Counted from the first letter of the stretch, positions 22,951 to 35,879 are shown. The stretch is 64,000 nucleotides of DNA from Flectonema sp. DT1601 (GCA_964019425.1 OZ025800.1:620001-684000), one strand, 5' to 3'. Notes: a model not told the origin generated them from the sequence alone. Made by a program: numbers and translations.

Positions 22951-23549
22951 CCAACCTTGGACATCTGTCAATGATGCCATGTCTTGCAAACGGTCGACGG
23001 CAGGTACTTCCATAACTGGTGGGTGTGTAAAGGTATTAGCTGGCATGCTGTGTTCTGGAACTGGTAGTGGTGGTGGCGGTGGCATTGGTGGATGATTATG
23101 ATGTTCAACTCTCCCCTTGAGATCCAATACCTCCTTCGTCAATCGGGTCTCCTGCTGTTGACCGATGAATCCTGTCATCATCTCTTATTTTCTTTTCTTG
23201 TTCACAACCTGTTAGCCTCTGGGCAAGGTGGAGGCTGCAAGTCGATCACTTCCAGCCAATACTATGAAACTACAATCTTCGCGATTGAGTCCTTACTGGT
23301 GCGGGCTACCCAGACCCCTCGTAGCCATCAGTTTGTATTTTGCTAACTAAACTAATCTTCTCCAACTCCTGCTGGCAATCTACATTGGCATTAATATGCC
23401 GCCGAACTGATTGCTCTCGCACCCTGCCTGCAGGTGGTTGACTGCTGCTGCTGCGATTTTCTAAGTGAATGTTCATCTCATTGGAGGTGGTGTTGGTGTG
23501 ATTAGTCAAGTTGTTGTGAGGGTGTCGGTGTTGTCACGCAGCGTGGCCA

Positions 23550-23716
23550 TCAACGGATGTCGTGCGGGATCAGGTCGAAACACTTCCTGAGCCCGTGGTC
23601 ACTCCAGCAATCTCTTCTCCGTAGAGAGTTGCATGTTCCACGTCTAGTGCTATCTTCCAGCTGGGGTCGAGCGTAGATCCCTTCCGGTAGCCGTACTGCC
23701 CGCAAGCCGAGGTTGA
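23550..23716 (-). mobile_element. Non-LTR retrotransposon reverse-transcriptase fragment
   Basis: Not in the ORF track. Manual translation gives GQYGYRKGSTLDPSWKIALDVEHATLYGEEIAGVTT, then after a frameshift RKCFDLIPHDI, matching the QxGFRxG...DxxKAFDxVxH signature. Confidence 0.7.
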
Positions 23717-24601
23717 CCTTTTTTCTCCCAATTATACATTTATTTTATACTAGGGCAAAATTATCACTTTTACGTGGAGCCAGTGGTATCCATGTTTTCC
23801 TGAGGCTCTGAACTTGTGGAGTTCCGTCTCAGAATCAACCTGTTTAAGCGCCGCCGAGTTTCTATAATTAATAGCTTTGTCTTTGGGTTTCAGGACAAGG
23901 CTTTGTTGTTTTACTGCATTCAGGCTTTGTCGAGCATCTACTATCGACTGTACAATTGAGATATGGCTTCGCCTCAATGTGAGCACCTAAAGGTAACAGC
24001 ATCTTTGTAGCTGAAAGGATGTGAATGGGGTTCCGTTCTGACTTGCTTATTGATATAATACCTTGAACTTGTGATTGGGATATGATTCCGGCTTAATGTG
24101 TTTTGATTCGTTGAGCCACAAAGACACTGTTACTTTTAGATCAAGGCATCAGGCAAGAACTTGGCAACTTAGGAGCCAAATTCAAAGGAATCCAAAGGAT
24201 GCCCAGTTCGTTCAAATACTCCACCAAAAACCGGTGCCGGTGTCCCGTCGAATCGAAACGGACCGATGCCACTACCCTGCTTCGTTGACATACACAGCGA
24301 GTACCAAATCTAGAAAAGTTATAGAACTTGCATTGTTTTGAGTGGCTGAAGGAAAACAGTCTTGTAAGACAATCAATTGTACAACACAATTCAGATTTGC
24401 ATGACCAAAAGATAATAAAGACCATGATCAAATTATTAGAAGTGGAAATTTATAAAAAATCTATTTATCTATTGAAAAAATGGTTGAGATGGTTTCCAAC
24501 CTTAATGAAAAGTAAGTAAATCTCATCTGAACAACGCAGCGCTACACCCTGCTCGAAATAAACCAAATCGTTCTAAAACGTTTAGAGATAAATTCGCTCG
24601 C

Positions 24602-27600
24602 TTAACTATTAAAATCCTTGGCTTGATTGATGTAATAAACTTCGTGACGAGAAACTATCTTTTCAGAACAAAAGAATTGAACCAACGCTAATGCTGTAAA
24701 CATGTCGATTGATGTTTGAGTTCGAATATCTTGGAGAGACAAGAACTCGCTATCAGAAGACGAGATTAGTTGATTCTTAGCATCCAAGTAGGTTTCTGCA
24801 AGAACGTGAAACTTCCTACAGAAACTTTGCTCTGACGGAAGCAACTGGCTAGCCTCACAAAGATCAAGAGGCATTAAAGAAGTGTATTTAATAAAATCTT
24901 TATTTGAATTATTATGCACCAGTGATATTGCTAACAAACAAGCTTCTCTATCAGCAGAAGAAGAGAAACCATAGATCAAAACTTCACTATCTCTCTTTAT
25001 GAATCTAAGTGACCAACCATCGGTTGTTATTTGAATGCTGTCAATGTTCTGAAGAGGAAGTGCGTCAATTTTTAGCCGTCTGTCAGGTGAGCCATTCGGC
25101 ATGAGGCAACTTCGAATTTCCCCCTCAGACAAATAAAGCATCACCTTCTCCCCACGTCTTTGAACCACGCAGCCGAATTCCATGTAAGAAATCACATCCT
25201 TAAAAAGGGATTCGGTTTTAGTGTTTTTCGAAAAGAGTGAATGTAAGTGGTCACTAAGTGAGTTCCCCGCCGGCTGCTGACAATCGGCTACCAGTTCTCG
25301 CTGCATAGTTTCCAGCCGTTCTAATAATTTATTTTCCGCGGAGGTTTGTCCTTTGAGTGCATTATTTTCCTCAATGACTCGCTGCATTTCTTCTTTCATT
25401 AACTTCAGTTCGTCAGCTAAAGTTTCAACTTGCTTTTTTAATTTTGATTCACGACCAGCATGGACCTGCACAGCGACTTCGTTTGATGATATCGTGTTCT
25501 TAACTTTTTTTGCAATTGCCCCGAACTCTAACGTAGAGCGGGTTTCCTTTTTGTATTGTTCGTGAGTGTTGACGGTACATATTAATGTTGTTAAAGAATT
25601 ACCTCCCAAAGACTGTTTCAGTACTTTCGTCAGACTGCTATTTCTGTACGGAACATGTGCCTCATTTGTCGCCAGTGATAGTATTACCTTCTTAAGAAAC
25701 GACAACGACGAATTAATACGCATCGTTTCCTTCCGCTGTTGGATGTTACCTCCCTCACTCACAAGGGATTCGCTACCAGCGAGGTCAACAAGATTGAAAG
25801 ACGATACAAGTTTACTGTTTTTACTTACTTTGTGGAGAGTGAGTTCAAAAACGGTGTGACTTCTGCTACTTCTTTCGTTCAGGTTGCTGAAGCCAGTCGA
25901 TCGGATGGCGTTTCCCTTGGAGATGATATCGAGACAGTCAGAAAGAGTTTGAACATCCTTTGTAATTAATCCTATCGGGGTAAACATTCCTGTAGACACT
26001 TCTCGAATAGGAATCGAACTTGTACAACTTGATAACAAGTCAAAGACGTCTTCATTATAAATCTCGTAGTAAGATACTCGCAGTTGATATTTTTTGTGTA
26101 TTTTATTGGTGTCAGATATAACAGAAAGAATACTTGAAACTGCTTGAGGTATGAACCCATCATTTCTCTCTCCAAACATGGAAAAAGTCTTCCCAGATGA
26201 TGTTTGGCCATAAGCTAAGGCAGTGCAATTATAACCCTGTATGAATTGTTTTGCCAAACTATCTAGATTTGTCATTTGGTACGCAGCTACGTTGTCGCTT
26301 GTCTGGATAACCCTATCAACTTGATATTGATTCCTGTCAGACATGTGACTTATTCCCATCGTGTTTCCCGCAACCTTCCACTGAGATGGTCCTGCAGAAC
26401 GAATTCTAATGTAGACTTTCAAATTTACATTTCCTCCGAGAATCGGATTTACGGGATGTGACAACAATGCTTCACTTTCATGCTTCGAGCTGTTTTTTTG
26501 TTTAGGTTTATCTACAGAGGTTTCATTGTTCTCAAGACTGTTTGTAGTGTTGCATGCATCATTTTCCTTCAATAATTCGTTAGTCAAAGTAGGGACAGGA
26601 ACAGGAAGTGATTGAATTACTTTCGTTCTTTCGTTTACTTTAATTTCTGGAGTATTGTCGCTCAGAATCCACTCAGATTCTATTTGCTCAAAAGTATCAT
26701 CCCTTGTTGAATTACTGAACTCTCTTTCGATGAATGTCTCTGTTAAGTTCGTTTGCCCATTGCTGCATCCCTCATCTAACGGTTTCGCTGAAAATAAATC
26801 AGAGCTCGCAGTTAAGTTCTTGTTTGCTCTCCTTCGTGTAGAATCAGCGCCTTTTGACGACTTTTTCGAAATGTTTTTAGTACCATTTAATGGATCCTTT
26901 TTTTCATTAAATTTCTTTTCTTTTAGTTCTTGTTTCTTCTGACTTTTACTACTCAATCTGACTTCTTGAGAGCTACCAAGTGATTCCGATAGATTGATTA
27001 CCTGAGTTAACTTTACAGCCTGTGTCTCGGTTATATCTACAGCGTTACTAATAGAATTGTTGATGTTTGTACCTTTTAATTTCTGACGTTTATTGGTAAT
27101 TTTTATACTGTTATCTTGTACCACATTTACAGGGATATCACAAAGTAACGAAGGTGGTTCAGCTATTGGAGTTTGTTTGTGATTTTGGTAGTGATACTTA
27201 TCCATCAGCTCATCACGTACATCAGTTCGTGGAATCTTTTGCTGAGACTTCACATTACTGTAGTCGATGATTTTAGTACTGGGCGTCTGTCTAATTTTCG
27301 AGGTTGAATTTCCTTTGTTGTTAGTTGCTTTCATTTCAAGCTTACATAGCATCGATCCAAGAGAAACTTCTCCCTTTAGTATTTCACCGTTTTGATTAAC
27401 CAAACCCAGGTCTAACTTTACCTTCCCTATTTCAGCGCCATCGAGTGATTGGAGAACGAGTTCGAGACGCTGTCGAATGCCGTGAGTGATATTTAGAATT
27501 GTCGCGGTGTGTGAAATCTTATTAACGCCTTCAAACAGAGACAATGGTTGTGTGGAATCACATGTTACTTTGTTAAAGTTGAAAGCAACAACAGCATTTG

Positions 27601-28006
27601 TTGTTTCCTTTGCTTTGATTTCTAATATCGTAACTGAGACGCTGAATTTGTTTTGTATTTGTTTTGAAGATATTCCGAAGATGACCTTCTTCGAGTCTTT
27701 CTCTGTCATGTTGCTGTTCCAGTAGACAATTTGAACTTTTAGTTTCTCCCCATCGCAGGAACTTTTTCGTACAACTTTTGCTGAGGCAGTCTGTCCCGCT
27801 GAGATCTTCCCTCTGACTGGCTCCACTCCAATCAGCATCGCATTTGAGCTCTTCGCCTTCCAACAAATTATTTCATTCGAATTATTGGTCATTCGAACAT
27901 CATCGTCGACATTTTCTCCAGGCGAAGGGCTAAATATCATTTGTAAAACCTGGAAACTAAATCATAAAAATCAAATCACTTTTGGTAACTCATTCATTGA
28001 TGTCAT
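24602..28006 (-). CDS. Kinesin with a central motor domain, N-terminal MSP-like domain, coiled coil, PH-like region and SWIRM-like tail
   Basis: Motor motifs AYGQTSSGKT, NERSSRSH, LVDLAGSE, HVPYRNSSLT. Main ORF 24602-27940, with a probable short first exon 27980-28006. Confidence 0.9.
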
Positions 28007-28760
28007 GTCGGCTCATTTAGTTTGGACTTCTGATGGAAGAAATTAATGATCTTCTTGACAACAATAAAAGTTTCAACGGGCGGGGGGAAACATTAGGACG
28101 CAGAAAAAGGAATTCGAACGGAACAGCCAGATTGGGGACCAATCAAGGCTATCGCTTTAATGCTAACGGAGGAGGAACTATGGTGCAAAAGAGAACCAAC
28201 AAGTCATTGAAGCCTTCAGAGTTCATGATGATCAGAGGAAAGCTAAGAAGGAGGCACAACACACGTGAGCAAGCTGACGTGTTGCTCAAATAAACTTTAC
28301 TTGATTGAAGAAACAGATTCATATTGAAGAAAAACATCATACGAACCGTTATTTCAATGCTATAATGGTCGAAGACATTATAACGCTGTGGTTAAAAAAG
28401 GAGGAAAACCGTCCTGAAAATGGGAATAGGGAAAATGGAATATCCAATAAGGCATAAAAGCACCTTAACCGCTAGACGTGTGTACATCTCGCATGTGTTG
28501 GTACAGAGGCTGAAGCCAGGTGCCTGTTTTTTCTTTTCTTTTTTATTTAATTTTTTTTTTGTTTTTTTTTTCCCATCAATTAATTATTATTATTATTATT
28601 ATTAATTTTTTTTTTTTTTTTTTGTAGTAAAAACTAAATAATTATTTGTAAAATTTACATATTTTTCATGCTTTACCCAGTGCGTAGGTTGAAGAAGATA
28701 ATTCCCTGAAGAACTACCTGCACGCACTCACATGATACCTAATTACATAGAGTCGTGTTT

Positions 28761-29837
28761 TTATATTTTCTCAAACACAAAAAGATGCATTGGTGTAAAC
28801 ACATTCGTCTTTCCTCCAGCAACTAATCCATCAGCAGCTCTAAGCAACATTCCGTGAATAGAAAGAGTTCCCTGGTCAGCGAATCCCAAGTACTCCATGA
28901 TCCAACAGGTTACGTGAGTCATTCTGTACTCAAACCACCCAAGGTCTAATCTGTTGTACCATGGCTTTGTTCCTTTCATGTCTTGTGCTAAGTCCTCCTC
29001 AGAAAGTAACTTGAATCCAGTTGCCTTGGCAGCCTTCAAAATATCTTCTGGTGATCTCAATGGTGGAAGTCCATTTCCGTATTCAATTTCAGTCAAAATA
29101 GTTTGATGAGTTTGGTTGTTTTTATCAAATCCCTTTGCGGTGATCCATTCGTAGGCGGCAAAGCGACCTCCCTTCTTTAAAATTCTGTTGATCTCACCGT
29201 AAACATCCTCAAGTTTTGGAGCGTGGCAAGTTGCTTCAATAGCGTAAGCTGCGTCATAAGAACCGTCAGCAGCATCAAGCTTAGTGAAGTCGCCCTGTTT
29301 GAAATCAACCTTTCCAACCATTCCTTCCTTTTCAGTGATAGCCTTGGCGCGTGCAACCTGATAGTTGTTGAGAGTAACTCCAGTCACATGAGCACCTGAG
29401 AATCTTGCGACTTCTCTCGCTGGTCCACCGACACCACATCCGCAGTCGATAACCTTGTCGCCAGCTTTGAGTCCAAGTTCTGTTGCAAGTCTGTCTTCGT
29501 GTCTTGCAATTGATTCGTGGTGACCCTCATCTTTCATAGTATGGGCAAAGTGGAATGATTGTCCCCATCCGTATTCATAAAAGTCAGTAGCCATGTTGTA
29601 GTATTGATTGACCATTTCAATATCACGAGCTCCTTCAGTTGTTTGCTTTCTGTCGTAGTCATCAATCTCCGCAGCCAGAGAATCTCTATCAAGTTTACGT
29701 TCGCTGCTTTGACTACCGTGAAACATATTAATCATTCCAGGGACGTCACTCGTAGGGAAAAGACGAAAGGATTCCAAACCCCTCATCCAAACAGCTACGA
29801 GTCCCACAGCCACAGCAAAAAATAATATCTTAGACAT
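28761..29837 (-). CDS. SMT: Sterol 24-C-methyltransferase (ERG6/SMT family)
   Basis: Motifs FYEYGWGQSFHFA, DCGCGVGGP, IEATCHAP, YEW, IEYGNGLP. N-terminal hydrophobic anchor. Confidence 0.93.
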   Translation of the reverse strand: MSKILFFAVAVGLVAVWMRGLESFRLFPTSDVPGMINMFHGSQSSERKLDRDSLAAEIDDYDRKQTTEGARDIEMVNQYYNMATDFYEYGWGQSFHFAHTMKDEGHHESIARHEDRLATELGLKAGDKVIDCGCGVGGPAREVARFSGAHVTGVTLNNYQVARAKAITEKEGMVGKVDFKQGDFTKLDAADGSYDAAYAIEATCHAPKLEDVYGEINRILKKGGRFAAYEWITAKGFDKNNQTHQTILTEIEYGNGLPPLRSPEDILKAAKATGFKLLSEEDLAQDMKGTKPWYNRLDLGWFEYRMTHVTCWIMEYLGFADQGTLSIHGMLLRAADGLVAGGKTNVFTPMHLFVFEKI

Positions 29838-30192
29838 ACTTATAATAAGAATCTGTTTGTGATAAAAAGAAGTATTTTATTTTCAAACGAACAAAAATCT
29901 CAATAAACAAACAATTGAAGTCGGAATCGCAGATTCATTTTCTTTCTGGAAGGTAAGGAAAAGTTAATAAAAAAACAATCCACGACAGCAAAGAACTTTA
30001 CAGATACAAACAGCAGTAACAAAGTATTTGTAAGTAACAATAAACCATTTGAAAGAAATGGTAATCAGCTAGATTGGGTTAGAACTACAAAAAGAAATAA
30101 ATCAAGTTGTAATAACTTAAATTGATACACAGATTTCTCCATCGTATCGTATGGTCATAAAGTCTTAAAGTGATCGACTGGTCGAAAGGGAG

Positions 30193-31647
30193 TTAAGCTC
30201 TCCATCGTTTGGGGCTACTCCAATATAACATTTTACTATCGTCATCAGTAGTATCTGTTCTGACGTTGCTTTCAGTATCTGATTTAGATGGTTGTATTAA
30301 CATTCGATAATCCAGTCCATAATCTAATTTAGAATACTCGCTGTTTGTAATATTCTCTTCTTCTTCCGTAGAGTCTTCTCCACTGGTATCTGAGATGGTA
30401 CGATAAATACGATTTATGTCTCTTGCAGAAACGAGGTTTTTCAAGTCTGCTAACAAGAACCCCCTGTCGGGGTCACATCCATGAGTCTTACAAAGACTTA
30501 AGTAATCAGAATCTGATAAAGTTGGTTGTTCTGTTTCCATGAGACATTTATTCAATTCTTGCATGTCCCAATATCCGTCAGAATCGGTGTCGTAGTGTCG
30601 AAATATTACGTTTTCGGGATCTTCTCTGAGAGTTCTCTCCTCGAGTTCTTTTTTTTCCATTTTCTGAAGATCTTTGTGGTACATTAGTGTGTCTTTGTCG
30701 TCACCTTGCCAGCGGACTGATACGGGTCCTTCCATCGGGAAATCCTCATCGTCACCCTCCTGGACGGCCGTCACAATTCCGATATTGTCCTTGTCCCCTA
30801 CTTCAAATACGTCATCACCAATAGCGACCTTGGGTTTCTCTTCTACTTCTTCAGTTTTTGCGAGTGCCAAAGCCGCCTCTTTCGCTTCTTCAGCCTCTCG
30901 TGTTGTCCAGTCAAATGGGAAATCAGCAGGGTACCACGCAACTGCTTTCGGATCTGAAAACAGCAGCTGAACTGTACCGTCATCTGGTTGTTCGTCGATC
31001 ACGACGGCAGTTCTTCCACAGCAACGGCGGTACTTTGGTGTCCACGTAAGTGAAGGGTGTGCTTTTATTAAGTTCTCCATTCCCATTAGAACTTTCGGAA
31101 ATTTAACCCGCAGACCCGTAAGCGCCTTTGCATTTATTTCTTCCGGTAACACTCCTTTTGCCATCGACATCCGTTTGGCTGCGAGAGATGCTCTAGGATC
31201 GAGTCTAAAACTCTGTGATCTGAACGTCGTTGGTGCCCCTGTCAATACTTCTACGTTTGCTAACAGCTCCTCGTCGTTGATTCTCTTTACAGCAGTTAAG
31301 GCAGCCGACAGCGCTGCTCCAAGTAGTTTCTTTCCTCTCAAAACTTGAATCCCAGGAGATCCTTTAAATGATCTGCCATCAGGAGTGACATCAAGAGTTG
31401 TACCACCAAGACTCTTTCTAGTGTCAGTAAGAAAAGGTGTAACAATACTCTCTCCCTTGCTGGTAGTACTCAACGCACTTTTACTTCCCTCGAGATTCCA
31501 TCTGACGGTAACATCACTTAGACCGTATTTGAGTTTTGGAGTACTCGTTGGGCGTTTTGCAGGAGGAAGCATCCCACTCATGCGCTTTGAGTTCCTCGTC
31601 GACAATTGCCGCAATGAGCTGTGGGGTTCTAACATCGACGACGACAT
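30193..31647 (-). CDS. Hypothetical protein with a Mind-bomb-repeat/SH3-like domain and an EF-hand
   Basis: Segment GLRVK..WTPKYRRCCGRTAVVID..DGTVQL..WYP. EF-hand loop DTDSDGYWDMQE. Confidence 0.65.
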   Translation of the reverse strand: MSSSMLEPHSSLRQLSTRNSKRMSGMLPPAKRPTSTPKLKYGLSDVTVRWNLEGSKSALSTTSKGESIVTPFLTDTRKSLGGTTLDVTPDGRSFKGSPGIQVLRGKKLLGAALSAALTAVKRINDEELLANVEVLTGAPTTFRSQSFRLDPRASLAAKRMSMAKGVLPEEINAKALTGLRVKFPKVLMGMENLIKAHPSLTWTPKYRRCCGRTAVVIDEQPDDGTVQLLFSDPKAVAWYPADFPFDWTTREAEEAKEAALALAKTEEVEEKPKVAIGDDVFEVGDKDNIGIVTAVQEGDDEDFPMEGPVSVRWQGDDKDTLMYHKDLQKMEKKELEERTLREDPENVIFRHYDTDSDGYWDMQELNKCLMETEQPTLSDSDYLSLCKTHGCDPDRGFLLADLKNLVSARDINRIYRTISDTSGEDSTEEEENITNSEYSKLDYGLDYRMLIQPSKSDTESNVRTDTTDDDSKMLYWSSPKRWRA

Positions 31648-32067
31648 CTCAACCACTCACTGCCCCCCACCCCACCTGATTTTGAAAGAGGTTTGATTTA
31701 GCTGTAAGTGGTCAATTGGTTCCCCAACCTCCCATAGCTGTCAATCATGTTGTTAGTTATCCTTTAAATGTGATTTAGTCAGTCAGTAAGCAAACAACAA
31801 TTTATTTCTAAAAGCCCTCAGTGAGGAGTATATGTTGCAATTATACAAGAAGTGTTTTCTATAACAGAATTACACCAAGTTTACTGTTTAATAAAGCGTT
31901 GCATATCCACGCTGACAAAAAAGTGTCACAGTGATAATTTTACAAAATAAATTGACACGTAACGGAAACAACTAGAAGTCTAATTTCTAAAGTTCTATTT
32001 TATTATTTCTCAATGAGAGCTGTTGGTATTAATGTTACCGTCAATGCGAATACCCATCGTCGACGCT

Positions 32068-35000
32068 TCACTTTCCGAAACGACTGAGTGGCCGTCCTTT
32101 ATGTCGAGAGATCTCTACATCTAAATTATTTAAAGTTGAGCGCTGCCTCTCAACTTCAGACCTCAGAGACATAAAATCACGATCTGGGTTGGTGCTGAGA
32201 GAAGCTAATCGAGTATTTAAACTTGCAAGCTGATTTTTTTTTTGTTTCGTTTTCCAAAAGAATTGGTTTTGCTCGGGCACTAAACCGATTTAGAAAAAAA
32301 AAAAAAAAAACATTCGGACCAGAGATATAGAACCATGCCAAAACATACCTCAGATGCAAGTTCATCACGCAATAATTCAAGTTGTGTATTAGTGTGAGCA
32401 ATCGATGATTTTATTCTTTGTATGTCATCGCCCGAGTTATTTCTCAAGGAGTCTGAATACATAACATTTAATTGTGGTTCTATAGTTTTGACCACCGACT
32501 GCAGAGAAGAGACTTGATTGCGAAGGGTAGCAACTTGTTTAGTAGAAACCTCATGTTGGAGAGAAACCGTTCGGCGTTCTTCGTTAATTGCAGCGACTGC
32601 ATCTGTGAGAGAAGAAACATCTACTTTGTTTAATGTTGCAGCAGAACTTGCCTTCTCATATGCGAGGTTTGAAGTGTTTCGGATGTCTTCGATACAGTCG
32701 TGTAAAGTATTTGATAATTGCTTCATGTCAATATAACATCCGTTAATACAGTCGTTGAGATTTCGTATCTTTTCATCAGTACTCTGACTGGACTTGCCCC
32801 TCGCAAATTCTGCAACCAGTTTTTCGATCGCTGACACGCGACCTCTCAACCCACCGCTGGAAGTCGCCTCATTCAAAGAATGCTCTAATTGAGTTACTGT
32901 TTGCAGTTTTTTATCAATTTCCATACTTTTTTCTAAAAGTTGATTTTCGAGGACATTATCACTTGTCATTCTAACTCTACTTTCATCTGTCAGATTGTTT
33001 ATCTGCTGCTTCACATCTGATTCGAGTTTCACCGCATCGGATTCAATCAACGAAACCTTTCGAGATAAATGATCATCACTTTTAACTAGTTTTGTTACTC
33101 TTTCAGACAATCCGTTGTAAGTCTTTTCAATTCTACAGAATTCAGTATTAAGTCGAGTAGTTGTGGTATTCAAATAGGACTCAATGTCGTCACTTATTGT
33201 TGTGTTGCGCTGCTCTAGGAAATCCATTTTAATTTCTAAGTCTGAAATGCCAGATAGCTGTTGCTCATGTCGTGCAACTGTCACTTCCATCGATGGAAGA
33301 AGTCGATTGACATTAGAACTGTTCTGAGCTGCCTCCAGCGCCGATAACTTTTGTTCAAAGCGAATAACTGAACGTTGAGTGGAGTTATCCCGTTGATTCT
33401 GTTCCAAGACAGAAATATTCTTATTACAAAGTGAGATGCTAGTTTCTGCTGCTTCTGTCGCTGACTCTAACGAGACGTGCGATTTCTCCAACTGAGCAAT
33501 TCTAAGAGAAGTAGCACCTTCTACATCTTGAAGCTTTCTTGTTAGACTATCGTGTTGTGAAGTAATGTCTGCAGTCCTCGCGTAATTAGTTGGAATCTCG
33601 TTTAAATTTCTCTCAATACTCGCGATCCTGTGATCATATCTGGAGACTGTATTCTCAAATGGACTGGTCTGTGAGAACTCGCTGAGTGAAATCTCTAAAT
33701 TAGAAATTCTTTGATCGCTTCTTTGAGAAGTTTTATTAGCCTCGTTGCGGTCAGTATCAATTGATGTTGTTAAGTGTTCAACTCTTTTTGATAAAGTTGC
33801 TACTTCGTTGTGGTCATTGCGAGCTGACTCTGTTATTTCTCTGACTTGTTTGTTTAAATCTCTATCAATAGCAGTGATACGGTTGGGAAGTCCTTTCAGT
33901 TCCCTAATTCCGAATTCCATATTAGAAACAGTCGCTTTCAACTCTTCGAAGTTATCAAGTTGACGATTCTTCTCCAGGTGACTAACACGTCTATCGATAT
34001 TGGAGGACTCTAACTTTGTGCTGCAGCTGGAGACTGTTTCTTGTAATTTTGTAATCGTCATTTGAATTTGATTGTATTGAAAAACTGCTTCAGGTGCACT
34101 ACTGATACTCCTATCTAAAGATCTGACTTGTTCTTCTAATGTAGCGAGTTTTTGGATATTCGAATTATCTCGAGCGATAACTTCTAATCCTTGAACTCTT
34201 ACTTGTAAATCATCAACACGAGGTGATGAATGCTCTTCTTGTAGTGAACGTGCTAGAGAATCAAATTTTGTTGATACTCTTCCGAATGTTAAATCTTTCT
34301 CATCAATCGTCTTTTCTAATTGTTCTAATCTTAGAGATAATCTTTCTAATCGAGAAGTTTTATCAGCTTCTGAAGTTGTTACGTCTAAATCATCTAATCT
34401 CGACATCGCTCTTTCAATATTTCCAACTCGACTTGATAACACTTCGAGTTTTATATCTTCTTGTGGTGATATTTGAGTTTCCATCGACTCTAATCTTGAT
34501 TCAAACTTCTCGAGTAAGAAATCTCTCTCGTCTGACATTACGATGTTCTCCAGTCCAGATAGTTGTCTTGTCATCGTGTTTTCAAGGTTATCCATTCGTT
34601 TTTCTAGATTAGATTCTCCTCCTTTTAAGCTTCTTGAGAAATCTAAGAATTTGTTGTCCAACATCGAAGATGTTTGAGACTTAATCCGTTCTTCCAATCC
34701 AGAAGAAACTGGTTGGAATTGTATTTCAGGAGATCTGATGCCGTCAGCAGCGGTTGGTCCTCCCGTTGGAACAATATTATGAGCGCTTGTAGATCTCTGA
34801 ATATTCGATTCAATATCACTGAGTCGTTTTCTTAAGTCTATAACAGTATCCATTTCTACTGTACTCGAAGAGAGATCGAACTTCTCTTTTAAAGAGTTCA
34901 GAGGTAGTAATTTTGATTCGATTGTCGCAAGACGCTGTTCTGCTAAGTTCAGTCTACTCGGATGGTTGCTCGTTTTAGTTTCCACAACCTCCAGTCTGGT

Positions 35001-35405
35001 TGTGATTCCTGAGAGGGAATCAGCAACGATTTGCTGTTTTTCTTCCCAGTCTTGTTCAACAGATTGGAGATGTGTTTTAAAGTTTCGTAAGATTGATTTC
35101 ACTTCATTCATAACTGATTCTTGCAGGTCCTCAATATCGTCTTTGTTACCATCAGAACTAGTTCCGTGGTACTCCAGTAGTTTTACTTTTTCTTCTACTC
35201 CCGCAACTGTTTCCAAGAGTGGTTTATAGAATTGTTGGTGACTTTCCAATATTTCAACTCTTGATAATAAAAGGTTCTCTCTGATGTCTCTTTTTTTTGT
35301 TCCTTCTTCCAATGCCGTTTGTAAATCCTCAACCCTATCCAGAATTGGTTGAACGATATTTTTATAACATTCTCTGTGGTTGGTATCACTCAGGGATGAA
35401 ATCAT
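32068..35405 (-). CDS. Long coiled-coil protein; 2 exons (intron 32230-32348)
   Basis: Over 1000 aa of heptad-rich sequence (RLESLE-type repeats). GTATGT donor at 32348 and AAAATCAG acceptor at 32230 join it to ORF 32068-32280. Confidence 0.75.
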
Positions 35406-35879
35406 GTTCCCCTCCCTCTCACCCCCCACGGCTGTAATAAAGATATGATTATTTTATTTTATTTTTTTTTGTTTTTGTTTTGGTACCAGTTTTGTCAAAA
35501 AATAATCCAATATTCTGTGAGTAAAAATATTTCATGATTTGAGCCACATATATCATCAAAACAAAAAAAAATCGGACTCGAAAAAGCAAACGGAAAAAAA
35601 AAAACAGCCAATGTTGAATTACACTTCTCCGATAATTTTTTTTTTTTTTTTTTTTTTTCCCGGTTGTTTTGTGGTGCGGTAACAGATGTAATATCAGACC
35701 AATAGTTGTTGCTGATGTCTTCTTTTTGCTCTTTTCATTTCTTTCCTTTCTAATGGTGTCTATGTGTGGGAAGGGTTGGGACCTTAAATTAACAAATCGG
35801 GGAATACCCAGAAAAGGGTTAATCTTAAATACGAATCTACTTAATAATTATATCTAAAAAAACATGAGAAGATTAAGTT

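Noticed and set aside
28033..28293. 86-aa + strand ORF head-to-head with the kinesin
   Set aside because: Opposite to the cluster strand, no recognisable motif, and it starts 27 nt from the putative kinesin ATG. It cannot be supported without expression data.
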